From Octopus bimaculoides (lineage: Eukaryota): DNA of 64,000 nucleotides. Position 1 is the stretch's first letter; every line of letters starts with the position of its first letter. Below are positions 12,834 through 25,931 of the stretch, piece after piece. The notes under the pieces are model-generated. The model saw only the letters and a list, made by a program, of their open reading frames with translations. It had not been told where the DNA came from and ran no database searches. Location: positions 77,494,881 through 77,558,880 of the forward strand of contig NC_068991.1 of NCBI RefSeq assembly GCF_001194135.2, given 5' to 3'. Both the position numbers and the translations under genes were made by a program.

Positions 12834-14581
12834 GTCTGAGGCATAGAGTTTCTTCTTTAATTTGCATTGCCTTTTCTTCAGAGTTACTGCTCTTTACTGT
12901 GACACACAGAGTTCCTGTTTCTAAAAGGTGTGATTAGCAGGAATGAAATAGAAATATTCTAGGTTATCAAGTATGTATTATACACCCCAAGCTTCTAATG
13001 CTGCTTTTAAAACTATTGAATGGTTTTGTAAATAGTTCCAACTATATTAACAGTCATTCAGCACCCTCTCGATTTGTTTCTTTTCAAAAAATGGTTCTGC
13101 CAGAATTGATAGAATTAACCCTTTCTCATTGTAAGTAAACTTAATTAATTTCACAATTGTTATTAATTTGTTTATACCAGTGCCTAGTGTTTCTAGCTTC
13201 TTTTTATACTCTTTTTTCTTGCTTTTTCTGTATATTATCTACACCTAATCTGAGACAGTTTACTGAAGCAAGTTAACAAGAGAGTTTATATATGGGTGTT
13301 CACCTGGATAGAGAGATAGCAACCAAATTTCCTTGAAACACAGCTTTCTAATTTAAAAAAAAGAACACACTAATTTAGTTCTATTCCACATGATTTTTGT
13401 TAAAAGAAAAGTAATTATCAAGGCTTGAATCTCTTTTGAAAAAAAATAGCTTGGTTAGAGGCAGTGGAACTTTGCTCATAACTATTTTCAGGGTGTCTGA
13501 GACTTGTAGGGGCAAAGGAGGAAATTCCTCAGACCAGAGACCTGTTGTTAATTCTTACAACAGAGTGAACTCTGCTACAAGAACCTAAAATTCCAGGTAA
13601 TTCTATTAAGCCAGGTGACAGCAACTTAAGTCTAGCACACAAGTTGAACGAGGGGTCTGCTTGGTCAGGGCTTACTTAGGACTAAAGAACAAATATTTAC
13701 AAAGGACTTATGCCACCATAAGAACCATATTTGTATTATGATAATAATTCCATTCACCTCACTTTTATTCTGATCTCTGATGTTCTTCCACCTCTTTCAC
13801 AATCTGGTTGTCTCCCTTCCTTCAATTTCTTTCTTCCAATGCTCATTTCTTATCTCAAAGAATGATTCGATTTGAATTGTTAGAATTCACTTCTACCTTT
13901 CTCATACGTAGATTTGTTCAATTTTACAATACTGTTTTGTTTTTTTTACCTTTTTTTATTACTAATGCCAAGCATCACAAGTTACTTGAAACTCTAGTTT
14001 TTATTTCCATATTTATAGTCATACCATTTTGCTTTCTAAAAGAACATTTCTCTAATCCAGTTTCCCGAGAGAAAACAGTCATTATGTCAGGTGCTTTCTA
14101 ATATTAGAGCAGCCACACATCTCCACACACGCACGTGCACACAGACCCACTGCTACAGAGGCAGAAAAACACACAGCTTCATGTCAATGGACAGGTTACA
14201 GAGTTTGCATTGCTATGTTTGCTTTATGGACTAGAATAGGATTAATGAAAAATAGGAAAAGACTATGATAATGATATTGATAATCACGTTTAGGGCAGCA
14301 GCGGCGGTGGTGGTGGTTATCATTTGTACAATAATGATAACCAACTCTACCATCACCCCAGTCTTGGTAGAATCAGTAGAGCATCAAACAAAATGCATTG
14401 CAGTATTCTGTTGTTTCATCCTACATTTTGTGTTCAAATTTAATCGATGTTGACTTTGCCTTTAATCTTTCCATGGTCAATAAAACTGGTCATTACAGGA
14501 ACCAATTTAAGCAATGGTTCTGCCTCTTCCAAAATTGTTAATTCAATACCTATGTTAACAATATTTATTTTGTCTTAGTAG

Positions 14582-15164
14582 CAGGGTTGTTGCTAAGCCC
14601 CTGCAACCCCTGCAGTCGTAGGGTCCCCATGTTAAGAACAAAGTACGTAGATGAGTCATCTATTTAGTTTGGTTAAGATGTTCAACAAGAATTAAACTAT
14701 GTTAACTGAAAATTTCAAGAAATAAAATGTTAACACATTGCACCTGCAAAAGTTCTTGTAAAAAATATTACATTGTACCACGAACATGTACCAGACTTTG
14801 TGGATTGTCTATGATATCTATTGAACACAAACTTACCTCTCAGCTTAATTATTCTGAACTGATCGATGATTTCGCAAAGCAAAAAGTGTGCCATGTTTGT
14901 CTTTGAAAGTTGCCAGGATTATGAAAATGCTTTTTTATTCATTTCTGGAAGTTTTACTGATTGAAATTTGTAATAGACCGAAATAAATTTAACTTGTACT
15001 TTTAAAAGTGTTCTTTAGGCTAATGTGAAATATTAAACTTCAGATATAATAAAGTAAAATATAACTATGATTAAAAGGTGCGTAGATCATGAATTTCGAT
15101 TGAAGGGATGGGGCCTTGAAACAAAAGATTGCAGGGGGCCTCTAAAAGTCATGTGACAGAGCTG
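14582..15164 (+). mobile_element. Non-autonomous hAT element with a transposase C-terminal (dimerization-region) remnant
   Basis: Near-identical 8-bp flanks cttagtag (14574-81) / ctttgtag (15165-72); degenerate cagggttg.../...cagagctg ends; about 14790-14906 reads TRLCGLSMISIEHKLTSQLNYSELIDDFAKQKVCHVCL*, typical of hAT (Tip100/ZMYM1-like) C-termini. Confidence 0.8.
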
Positions 15165-15239
15165 CTTTGTAGCAAGATCCAGCCCTACTATGTGAAAGAC
15201 TTCCTCAATAACAATGATAGAGAATATCACATGAAGTAA

Positions 15240-15660
15240 GTTGAGGTTGTGCTGGATTGATGGCTGAAAGAATTAGGGAATTTGGTTCTACTGAAATATG
15301 GTTTCATTGCATGCTTCAGTAAGGAAGCACAAATGAGCTGAGGGGTGGGGACATCAATATAAAATGATCCAGCCTCAATGTACAAGAGAGAATCCTGTGC
15401 TGTTGTAGACATGTGAGAGATATGAAAGATGGCAGTTGAATAAAGAGATTCCAAGTGATCCAAGGAGAAGGAATTTGTGGAAGATGGAAATTGAGGAAAT
15501 TGTGGGAAGAATTGGTGCAAAATGACCTTAAGATACTGATGCTCATGACAGGGATGACAAAGTACCCCAAGAGGATGCAAAATACTGGACTGAAGATAAC
15601 CCAGCTAACCCATGCAAGTATGGAAAACCAGATTTAAAATATAAATGACCATGATGCATC
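15240..15660 (+). mobile_element. Highly decayed RTE LINE 3' fragment
   Basis: GRWKLRKLWEELVQNDLKILMLMTGMT is homologous to the GRPRKTW motif of the 21.3-kb copy; ends in a (GAT)-like tail. Confidence 0.6.
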
Positions 15661-16820
15661 ATGATGACAACTATTATTATTGTTATAATTTGTCTGCGTG
15701 TTCCAAGATCTAATCCTGCTGCGGTCAAATTTGCCTTACATCACTTTTGAGGTCAACGAGATCAAGTACCAGTCATGAAATGGGGTTGGTGGTATCTGCT
15801 AAAAATTGTTCGTCTTGTGCTGAAATTAGAAACCATTTTTATTATTTATGTTCTTTCTTTTGTGGGTTTTATACAAATTACTTGCTGGATTCTTATCTGT
15901 AGCATGGCGCAAGAGAGAGTTACCTGCATCAAGGTTGTCAAAAGAGATATCACCACCACTGGCAGAGCCACCCAGCAATGTCGGAGGAGTGTTGTAATGA
16001 GACAAGGGTATAATTCAAGGGAAAATTTGCTGCTGTCTCTAACATGTCTTGCTACAACATAGAAGTATTACTGGTCACACACACACACACACACACACAC
16101 AAACTGTACAGTCTTGCTAATCTGGGTCCCTTAAGACCTGGGGAATGTTGGATTATCAAATATACTGGCGTATTGCAACTCAGTCTTCAAAAGTCACAGA
16201 ATATAGACCAGTTAGCAATAAAAGAGATGGGGGAAGCGAAATTATAGAGACAGAGAGGGAGATTTATAGTGAAAACGAGAAAGGGGTAGTTTGATATAAT
16301 TGATATGAGAATAAGAGAGGTAAAAGAGAAAACAGAATACAGGATATAGAGCGAAGATGACCAATTTGTTAATAATAAATAGTTGTTAACTTTCTTATCT
16401 CCATTTCCTTTTCTACTTTTAACTATATATATGTGTGTGTGTGTATTATATATATATATATATATATATATATNNNNNNNNNNNNNNNNNNNNNNNNNNN
16501 NNNNNNNNNNNNNNNNNNNNNNNNNNNNNNNNNNNNNNNNNNNNNNNNNNNNNNNNNNNNNNNNNNNNNNNNNNNNNNNNNNNNNNNNNNNNNNNNNNNN
16601 NNNNNNNNNNNNNNNNNNNNNNNNNNNNNNNNNNNNNNNNNNNNNNNNNNNNNNNNNNNNNNNNNNNNNNNNNNNNNNNNNNNNNNNNNNNNNNNNNNNN
16701 NNNNNNNNNNNNNNNNNNNNNNNNNNNNNNNNNNNNNNNNNNNNNNNNNNNNNNNNNNNNNNNNNNNNNNNNNNNNNNNNNNNNNNNNNNNNNNNNNNNN
16801 NNNNNNNNNNNNNNNNNNNN

Positions 16821-17061
16821 AAGAGCAATCTTCAGCTGCACGAAAAATGTAGAAAAAAGACATATTACAAATGTGGCAACATATTAAAACCAAGTGGGAG
16901 AGAGCAAAGGAAGAATATATAAGTCCATCTTGACAGACCCTGCTATGTCAAGATGGACTTATATATTCTTCCTCTGCTCTCTCCCACTTGGTTTTAATAT
17001 GTTGCCACATTTGTAATATGTCTTTTTTCTACATTTTTTCGTGCAGCTGAAGATTGCTCTT
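16821..17061. repeat. Near-perfect palindrome, 115/116-bp arms, 10-nt spacer, left arm cut by an N-gap
   Basis: 16821-16935 vs 16946-17061: one substitution and one 1-bp indel. Confidence 0.95.
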
Positions 17062-17171
17062 CATATTGCATTTAAGGTAATGCTCGCATTACTTAAATAA
17101 ATTGAAGTAGCATGAAACGTGCGTACTGCAATCACTTTTGAAATCCGTGTTGCTTATTATTTGATATATGT

Positions 17172-17212
<41 letters not shown>

Positions 17213-17365
17213 ATGAGAAAGAGAGAGAGGTGAATATATGTGTATACATATATTTATATATATAGTAACATACAATAAGATATTATAATAATATATTAAT
17301 ATATTTTAAATACATTATAATATAGGTGGCTATAAGGTAAAATTAATAAATGAGGGTGCAATATA

Positions 17366-17405
<40 letters not shown>

Positions 17406-17797
17406 CACAGACACACACATATGTATACACACACACATGCATACATACATACATACATACAAACATACATGCATGCATACATACAAACATATATGCATAC
17501 ATACATACATACATACATACATACATACAGATGTGTGTGTTTGTGTGCCTGTGTAATGACATGTGTTGGAGGAATACAGTAAGTGGGGTGGAGATTTAAG
17601 AACAAGAAAGTTATAGAAATATAATGAATAGGACGGTGGGTGGGTAGGATTAATAGAAGACAGGAGAAAAACGAGGAAAAGTAGGAGGTACCAAAAAGGA
17701 AGACTAAATTTAAACAAGAATGGTTGACTTGTGAATCATATTGGACAGGTATTTGACAGAATTGATTGCTATGTTTGGCTGGTCATTTGGTACTGGA

Positions 17798-18216
17798 GGT
17801 GGTGGTGATGATGGTGGTGATGATGGTGGTGGTGGTGGTGGTGATGATGGTGGTGGTGGTGGTGGTAATGGTGGTGGTGGTGGTGGTNNNNNNNNNNNNN
17901 NNNNNNNNNNNNNNNNNNNNNNNNNNNNNNNNNNNNNNNNNNNNNNNNNNNNNNNNNNNNNNNNNNNNNNNNNNNNNNNNNNNNNNNNNNNNNNNNNNNN
18001 NNNNNNNNNNNNNNNNNNNNNNNNNNNNNNNNNNNNNNNNNNNNNNNNNNNNNNNNNNNNNNNNNNNNNNNNNNNNNNNNNNNNNNNNNNNNNNNNNNNN
18101 NNNNNNNNNNNNNNNNNNNNNNNNNNNNNNNNNNNNNNNNNNNNNNNNNNNNNNNNNNNNNNNNNNNNNNNNNNNNNNNNNNNNNNNNNNNNNNNNNNNN
18201 NNNNNNNGGCGGCGGT

Positions 18217-18248
<32 letters not shown>

Positions 18249-18256
18249 TGGTGGTG
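17798..18256 (+). repeat. (GGT)n/(GGC)n tract interrupted by an N-gap
   Basis: Visible directly on both sides of the gap 17888-18207. Confidence 0.9.
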
Positions 18257-19714
18257 ATTGGTCATTTGCTAAAATTAGTGTTGATAATAGCTGGAAGGAG
18301 TTTGTTTCATTTCAGTTTTTTTACTCTATCATTATGACCCATCTGTAATGGTATTGGACACAGCCAACAGGATGGGTGACCCTCTCAAAGCAAAGTTTAT
18401 TTGGGAATGTCTTTGTGCAGTTTATTACAACATAATTATTGTTGTTTAGTCAACCCATCTTTTTCTTTCTTTCAGACTCAACATATCTAGGATCACGGTG
18501 CCTTTATATAAGGGGGTAGTTAAGTGTAATTTGAATGAAATTTGATTGCTATTTCTAGCATGTTGAATGACTCCTTAGAAGATCTTTCATTGCTTCAGTT
18601 TATTACAATAGCTCCAGCTTGGTATTTAGAGAGATCACCCAGGCAGTAAAAAAATATTATACTCCTTGAAGAATATTTAGAATTTAAAGGATAGTTGCTG
18701 TCCAGTTAAAATGTTGGGTACCATAAGTACATTTAAGTTGTTTAGCTCAAACATGATAAACAGCAGTCTAGTCATGGCCACCCCATTGTTTTTTTTTTTG
18801 TTATATATCTAGATGTATATTGTAATTTCCATTTGTGCTTTTCTTTTTAAATAACAGGGTGTGATTTGAGGGAGATTTAGTTACTATTTCTAGCAGGTCA
18901 AGTGACGATATAGCAGCTCCCTCCGTTGGCTTGTGTGAATCACTGAGAGCTATCATTCATAATAGTTGGGTGTTTATTGTGGTAAAAACAACAAAGTAAC
19001 CGAATGAGTATAACACAATTGAAAACCAGGATCTCAGTATTATCATTGGCTCTATGAAGAGGATTATTTTCAATACAGTCTAAAGTCTTGATTATGGATG
19101 AGAAAATTGTTTATCTGGTTTGTAAATAAGTTAATTCTTTCATGGACCCAAATACTGTTGGGGTAGGATTTTGATTATATTTTCAGTTGAGTTATGTAGA
19201 TGAAAGAAAAATATCCTTATAAAAGGGATGCTAGTCTATCGTGTACAATTGTCCTCAGAAACTATGATACATGGAAGTGAAAATGGCCAAAGCAGCAGAC
19301 TGCCAGTGAACCTACCAATTGGTTGGCATTTCAAAGTTTGTCTTTGGCATGACATGAAGTCTGTTGACAGGACACTCGACATTGATTAGGTTAAGTCAAC
19401 CAAGCTTTGAATTGGCCCCGCAAAAGACTCTAACTCCCTAATGTGAGCTACTGTCAGGGTTGGATTAAAACCAACTGATACCCTAAGCACACTCCATCAG
19501 TGCTACCCCATTTAGTCCTTCCATTCTCTGATTAGTCATTCACTCATAATAAGCAATGAATGTGGAATAAAAGATTAAAACTCGGGTTTCTTCCAAGCCT
19601 TACCCCAAACCATAACCTCTAATACAACTGTATTAATTACATATCAATATATTACAATACAACTATATTAATCGTTTTTAAATTTTATTTGTTTAACACT
19701 AAATAGCAATAAGT

Positions 19715-19915
19715 ATCATCATCATCATCATCATCGTTTAATGTCCGTTTTCCATGTTGGCATCGGTTGGATGGCTTGACTGAGGTCTGGAGAGCCAGCA
19801 GCTGCACCAAGCTTCAATCTGATCTGGCAATTTTTCTACAGCTGGATGCCCTTCCTAATGCCAACCACTCCAAGAGTGTAATGGGTGCTTTTTACGTGCC
19901 ACCAGCACAGGAGCC
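19715..19915 (-). mobile_element. Family-D repeat copy
   Basis: (CAT)n followed by cgtttaatgtccgttttccatg..ggatgcccttcctaatgccaacc. Confidence 0.8.
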
Positions 19916-20012
19916 AAATGAATTATTTACTTATAACAAGGATAAAATTTTGAAGTGGAAGCTTTTAATGTGTTCATTGCTACCAAAATGTCATTTTGGG
20001 ACTGTAATTGTA

Positions 20013-20670
20013 CGAGGGTGAGTTAAAAAGTAATTTTGATTATGACAGGTATAATTACCAACACAGGAACATGTATCATACATTAAAATGAAGCTGGTCT
20101 TCTAGCTCTCTCAGGACCCAACAGGCACACACTTTTGAAAAGCCAAGTGATTCGACAATGTTGTAAGCACTTCCATGGCTCACTTCATGGTTTTCTGCCA
20201 ACTCATCAAGAGTTAAGCGCCTGTCTTCTCTGATCAGAACATCTGCTTTTGCTTTATTGACAGGATTCACAGAAGTGGACGCACGGCCGGCCGGCCGGCC
20301 AGAACGGGGATTATCAGCTACACTCACAGTTCCCACCTTTTCATCTTTCAGACGACGGACCCACCTGCATACATTGCTATAATCTAAAGTATTGTCCTCA
20401 AAGACATTTTGTAATCGTCGGTGAATGTTCACAGGGGTTTCCCCCTCAGCAACAAGAAATTCAATCACTGCTCTTTGTTTTTGACATAACTCTAAGGGGG
20501 AAGTCATTTTGAATTTTCCTTACTGGTCTAAAAACCTGACAAATAAGAAACAAAATATTTCAGAATGTAAATGATATAATCCTTTATAAATGGGAAAAAT
20601 TTTCAGTTATTTTTTATCAAAAACTTCACATGAAATAAAGGAAATGGCATTACTTTTTAACTCACCCTCG
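20013..20670 (-). mobile_element. Internally deleted mariner (Tc1/mariner) DNA transposon
   Basis: Perfect 22-bp TIRs cgagggtgagttaaaaagtaat (20013-20034) / attactttttaactcaccctcg (20649-20670), TA on both sides (20011-12, 20671-72); encloses a transposase N-terminal ORF. Confidence 0.95.
20076..20507 (-). CDS. Truncated mariner transposase (143 aa): N-terminal HTH DNA-binding region plus WVPHEL-type linker, no DD34D domain
   Basis: ATG start; QRAVIEFL..G....IHRRL..VF....L....VCRWVRR...D.PRSGRP...IREDRRLT..ELA......GS...I...LGFSKVCACWVLREL matches the mariner N-terminal pattern; ORF stops 8 aa after the WVLREL motif. Confidence 0.85.
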   Translation of the reverse strand: MTSPLELCQKQRAVIEFLVAEGETPVNIHRRLQNVFEDNTLDYSNVCRWVRRLKDEKVGTVSVADNPRSGRPAGRASTSVNPVNKAKADVLIREDRRLTLDELAENHEVSHGSAYNIVESLGFSKVCACWVLRELEDQLHFNV

Positions 20671-21179
20671 TATTTTCAGACTTTAAGGTTTGAAAATCTG
20701 TGGAGTTGTGGTGTTCCAGAATATACTGGTCTTCTGTCTAACCATAGAATATTCACAGAGTTCATCAATCAGTTTTGTTTCATTCTCTTTTGTGTAATTA
20801 GGAGTGGAACACCAGTGCTTCCTATGCAAATCCCATTTTTGTTGCATAACTTTTTTGCCTACCAAACCATTGAATACAGAAAACGTTTATAGCTTCAAGG
20901 ACCACCCAAAAATATATTAGCAAGCGTTTTACGGGGTTTCAGTACTGAATTCAGTTCCCTTATGGGCAAAGCTGTAAGTAAAGAGTTCAAACAATGGAAT
21001 AAATTTTTATGTTGTGTCGAAGAACATCACAAGTGTTCCCAGATTCTTCTGTTTTGCGGTGGTGGGGTTGGCTTACTTTGCCAGGGAAACATGTTTGTTC
21101 TAATCTGCATAGCACTGCCAAGCGCAAGCTACTGGTCAATGGAGATGTGTAATGAGAAATAAGAATAATGGTGTTTAGG

Positions 21180-21655
21180 CAACAAGGAATCTGAGATGAT
21201 AATGACCTCTAAGCAAAGAGCATGAGATCTCTTCAGTTGGATGTGGCAAGTGATAATTCCTTTGGAAACATTGGGCTGTCGATGCACCACTGAAAACTTT
21301 ATCATAAAACTGAATAAAGAAGTGCTGTTCTGTAATTGTGGAGGGGACATGTGGAAGGGGTAGACCCAGGAAGACGTGGGATGAAGTGGTGAGAAAGGAT
21401 CTTCAGATGCTGGGCCTCACCGCGAGATGACAAGGGACTGAGACATTTGGTAATTGAGAAGACATGTCAAGCTATGTAAAATCGTGGCCATCCATACATA
21501 CAGGCATGTCCTTTATGGCCGTGCCCCTCTCTTCCTCTCTCAGCTGAGAGGTCTTTATCTTGCAGGTGTCGGTGCCATGTAAAGTGCACTCATGCTGGTG
21601 TCACATAAAAGGCACCTGAGCCAGTGACACGCAAGAGGCACCCTGTGTACTCTCA
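21180..21655 (+). mobile_element. RTE LINE 3' fragment (end of ORF2 plus 3' UTR)
   Basis: VEGTCGRGRPRKTWDEVVRKDLQMLGLT at about 21342-21425, followed by UTR-like sequence similar to other RTE ends in the window. Confidence 0.85.
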
Positions 21656-21805
21656 AACTTAAACATTATGTTATGGTAAGTTTGAAGATTTTAGAGTAAA
21701 CTTAAGCTCTAAATGGTGGTTTTATTCATTATTCAGTGAAACTGTAGAGGATAATTTTTTGATATGTGATATTATAAAGGTAAATCTGAATGGTATTATA
21801 TGAAA

Positions 21806-21843
<38 letters not shown>

Positions 21844-22868
21844 TTGCAACAATAACATTTAACAGTAAACTTATTAGGCATGGCTGTGTGGGTTCAGTTC
21901 CACTGTGTGGCACATTGGGGAAGCATCTTCTACTATAGATACATGGCAACCAAAGCCTTTTGAGTGGATTTGATAAACAGAAACTGAAAGAAGCCCATTG
22001 TATACATATACATCATCATCATCATTTTCATCATCATCGTTTAACATCCACCTACCATGCTGGCATGGGTATATATATTTACATATATATAAATTTATAA
22101 AACGAGAAGATGAAATGAACAGGCTTTAATCACAAATCACGTGTGCGTGTGTGTCTTTTTTGTGTCTGTGTTTGTCCCCACCACTCAAAGAACTGAGATA
22201 CAATGAACCTCCATTCTGTTGATAACATCAGGTAGCCGGATATTATGAGCAGGCTTTAAACAGCATGCCACAATGTGCATACTCAAATATGAAATTATTA
22301 CTTAAATGTATGTATGTATATATGTACGTACATATGTATGTTTGTATGTATGTATGCACATATGTATGTATGCACATATGTATGTATGCACGTGTATTTT
22401 TATATATGTTTGTTTATGTGATTGAATGTATGTACAAACGTACCACAATATATTTGTGTACATATGTGTATATATTTAGTGCTTCTGTGTGCAAAAGTGC
22501 TGGTCATATGTGTACATAAGTGCTTAAGTACATGCTTGACATGTCTGTGTGTTTGTTTGTTCTATTGTCTGCGTACATACCTGGGTAACTGTATGTTATA
22601 TTCTTCCTTATATGCTTGTGATATCACATATTTCATTCCAAATGATCATTTCTCTGTGTCTGCTTTTCTTTATGCATGCCTATACTTCTAGTTCTACATA
22701 TAAGCATAAACTCCAGTGTGTGCGTGTGTGTGTGTGTATGGGGGGAATGTATTTGTATAAATTTGCATTTGCACACTTGTGTATAAATTTCTGTGCGCTT
22801 GTTTATGGAAACGTACTTAAATGTGCGCATGCATTTATGAAAGGATGCATGTGCAAATTAACTATTGA

Positions 22869-22937
22869 TGTATGTTTATACATATATGCCGTGTATGTTT
22901 ATACATATATGCCGTGTATGTTTATACATATATGCCA
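22869..22937 (+). repeat. 23-bp tandem repeat x3
   Basis: tgtatgtttatacatatatgccg twice, third copy ending in a. Confidence 0.9.
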
Positions 22938-23241
22938 TGTGTGCATCTGTGTTTGAAGGCTGATCACATGCAATCATATTGCCTTTGTCGCTGATCTATT
23001 GATCCACATCCAACATCTGAGGAATGGATCTTCAAGCTTTCAGCATCTACTATTGATTTTTTTCTTTTACCCAGGGTGCACTGTACTCAATACACCCGTT
23101 TTTCTGTAGAAATTGACACACGCACGCACACACACCCCCATATATGTATGTATATTTTATTTATTTATAAACATGCAAGTAAATGCATGCATTTGTGCGT
23201 GTGTATATGTATGTGTGTACACATGTACATATGTGTGTTTG

Positions 23242-23341
<100 letters not shown>

Positions 23342-25729
23342 TAGATAGATATAGATATACACACACGCACATATATTTATGTATCTGAGAGAGAGAGACA
23401 GACAGAGAGAGGTAGAGAGAGAAACAGCATAAATTTCGTAACCCTTTGTAGTTGGAGATAAAACAAGTCTCCCAACATGCACACAGACACATATAAGAGT
23501 GTGCGTGTACACGTGCGAGTGAATAAATATGTACACCGCTTTCTGCCGTTTGATACTTGAGGATATTTTTGGTAAGCAAATGCAAACAGGAAAGGAACAT
23601 ACCTGTAATTGTGAGTATAAATACAGACATGTGCATGCGCACACACACACACACACACACACACTTATGTTCAAGATACACACCCGCATGCAAGATGCAA
23701 AAGACAAAGCACATACAAATACATATCTGTATGTATTCATGAATTTATATATACACATACATACAATGTGTGTGTATGTGTGTCTCCCTCTCTCTACATA
23801 CATACCTGCATACATGATACATGTATATGTATACATACATACATATATAATATATATATATGTATATATATATATATATNNNNNNNNNNNNNNNNNNNNN
23901 NNNNNNNNNNNNNNNNNNNNNNNNNNNNNNNNNNNNNNNNNNNNNNNNNNNNNNNNNNNNNNNNNNNNNNNNNNNNNNNNNNNNNNNNNNNNNNNNNNNN
24001 NNNNNNNNNNNNNNNNNNNNNNNNNNNNNNNNNNNNNNNNNNNNNNNNNNNNNNNNNNNNNNNNNNNNNNNNNNNNNNNNNNNNNNNNNNNNNNNNNNNN
24101 NNNNNNNNNNNNNNNNNNNNNNNNNNNATATATATATATATATATATATAAATATATATATTTGCATATTTATTTATTCAAAGCTGAGTTTGGATATGTC
24201 ACTACACAAGTTTCATATTTCGACATATGTGAATGTGTGTGTATGTGAATGTGAATGTGTGTCCATGTTTATATCTACCTGTCCATGCCACCCACCCACC
24301 TCACATCCACGTGTATGCTTAAATCGAAATGGCAGCAAACTGTGTGAGTTTAAAAATCACAGCTGGTGAACAGGTGAATATTTGACCAGCAACTTTTCAG
24401 ATAAATAACGGGAAGTGTAATTTTTCAAGAAACACAATAAGATCTTTTTTTAATTTAATCACATCTAATTTGAAGTTTTATCTCTAATCTCTGGGTATTT
24501 TGTAGTCTTGCTTTCCCCCACTCCCCCTGTCTATCTCCACCCTGTCTCTGTCCATTTTTCTTTTTCTGTGCCTCTTTCATCATCATCATCATCATATGTC
24601 TGTTTTCCACGCTGGTATGGGTTGGACAGTTTGATTGAAAACTGGTAAGGCGGGGGGGGGGGCTGCATCAGGTTATGATCTGATTTGGTAAGGTTGGTAT
24701 GGCTGGGTGCCCTTCCTAATGCCGTGGCCATATTTCAATATAACTGACTGGGATTGGTACAGCCTCCTGCCCACCATTTCAATCAAATGCTATGATACAA
24801 CCTCTCAAGAGAGTCTGGGGTGCCCTCTTTCCTATATTACATTATGGAGATAGTTTCACTTCCAGCCAGGATATATATCATCCTAACAGCATTATAGGTT
24901 CCTGAGCAAAGCATTACCCTGGGGCCCCTACATGCACAACCAGAGCCTACATAGATTAGCACTGAGGCCCAAAACTGCTTGGTGTGCCCATCCTTTAAGA
25001 TAGCGTTGTCCCTATCTCTACCCATATGATAGAGGACAACCTCTAAACCAGTACTTCTCAACCATTTCTTTTACTCCATCCCATTTCAATAAAATACTGC
25101 TATGCCCCACCGAAATATCATTACATTCCACCTTAAGAATCACCACTCTAAACGGAAATGGATCGGATCACCATCATTTTTGCCACTCAGTAGGTAAGGT
25201 TCTCCTCTTTCCCTACCTCAATGGAATGCACAACCAAATGTGAACTCAGTAAGTTATATATCACAGGTTAGCCATCTAAGAGAGTAGTAACTCCCAATAA
25301 GAACTGGTACGAGATAGAGAAGGTTCTTCAGTCCTGCTTATAGTGGTCAGCCTCACCATCCAACCCATGCCAGCCTGGATCCAAAGATACTCCTCAAGAG
25401 TATTGTCCTACCTTGATTCCAGATAGACATAAACTTCGAACATATGCAAAAAGAGTAGAAAGTATTAATGACCTAGGGTCATTTGCATAATTAAAAGGGG
25501 TCATTTGCATAATTAAAAGGAACATGAGCAAAGAGAGATAACTCAGAGTGGACAGTGGTATTTATTTGGACAGCATGGATGAAGAATACAGTTTTATATT
25601 CAAGAGATGAGGAATTATGTACATTATTTACATTATTTACATTTGATGATATTTATCAAATGTAAATAAATGTATGAAAAAATCTGTAATAAATAAATAC
25701 CATAAAAGAAAAATTCTTTTTTCTTACTT

Positions 25730-25931
25730 TTCTACTCTAGGCACAAGGCCCGAAATTTTGAGGGAGGGGGACAGTTGACCCCAGTACACAACTGGTACTT
25801 AATTTATTGACCCTGAAAGGGTGGAAGGCAGAGTCGACCTCGGTGGAATTTGAACTCAGAACGTAAAGACAGACGAAATACCGTTAAGCATTTCGCCCAG
25901 CTTGCTAATGTTTCTGCCAGTTCGCCGCCTT
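25730..25931 (-). mobile_element. Family-A SINE (CpG-retaining, relatively young)
   Basis: ggcagagtcgacctcggtggaatttgaactcagaacgtaaagacagacgaaataccgttaagcatttcgccc. Confidence 0.85.
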
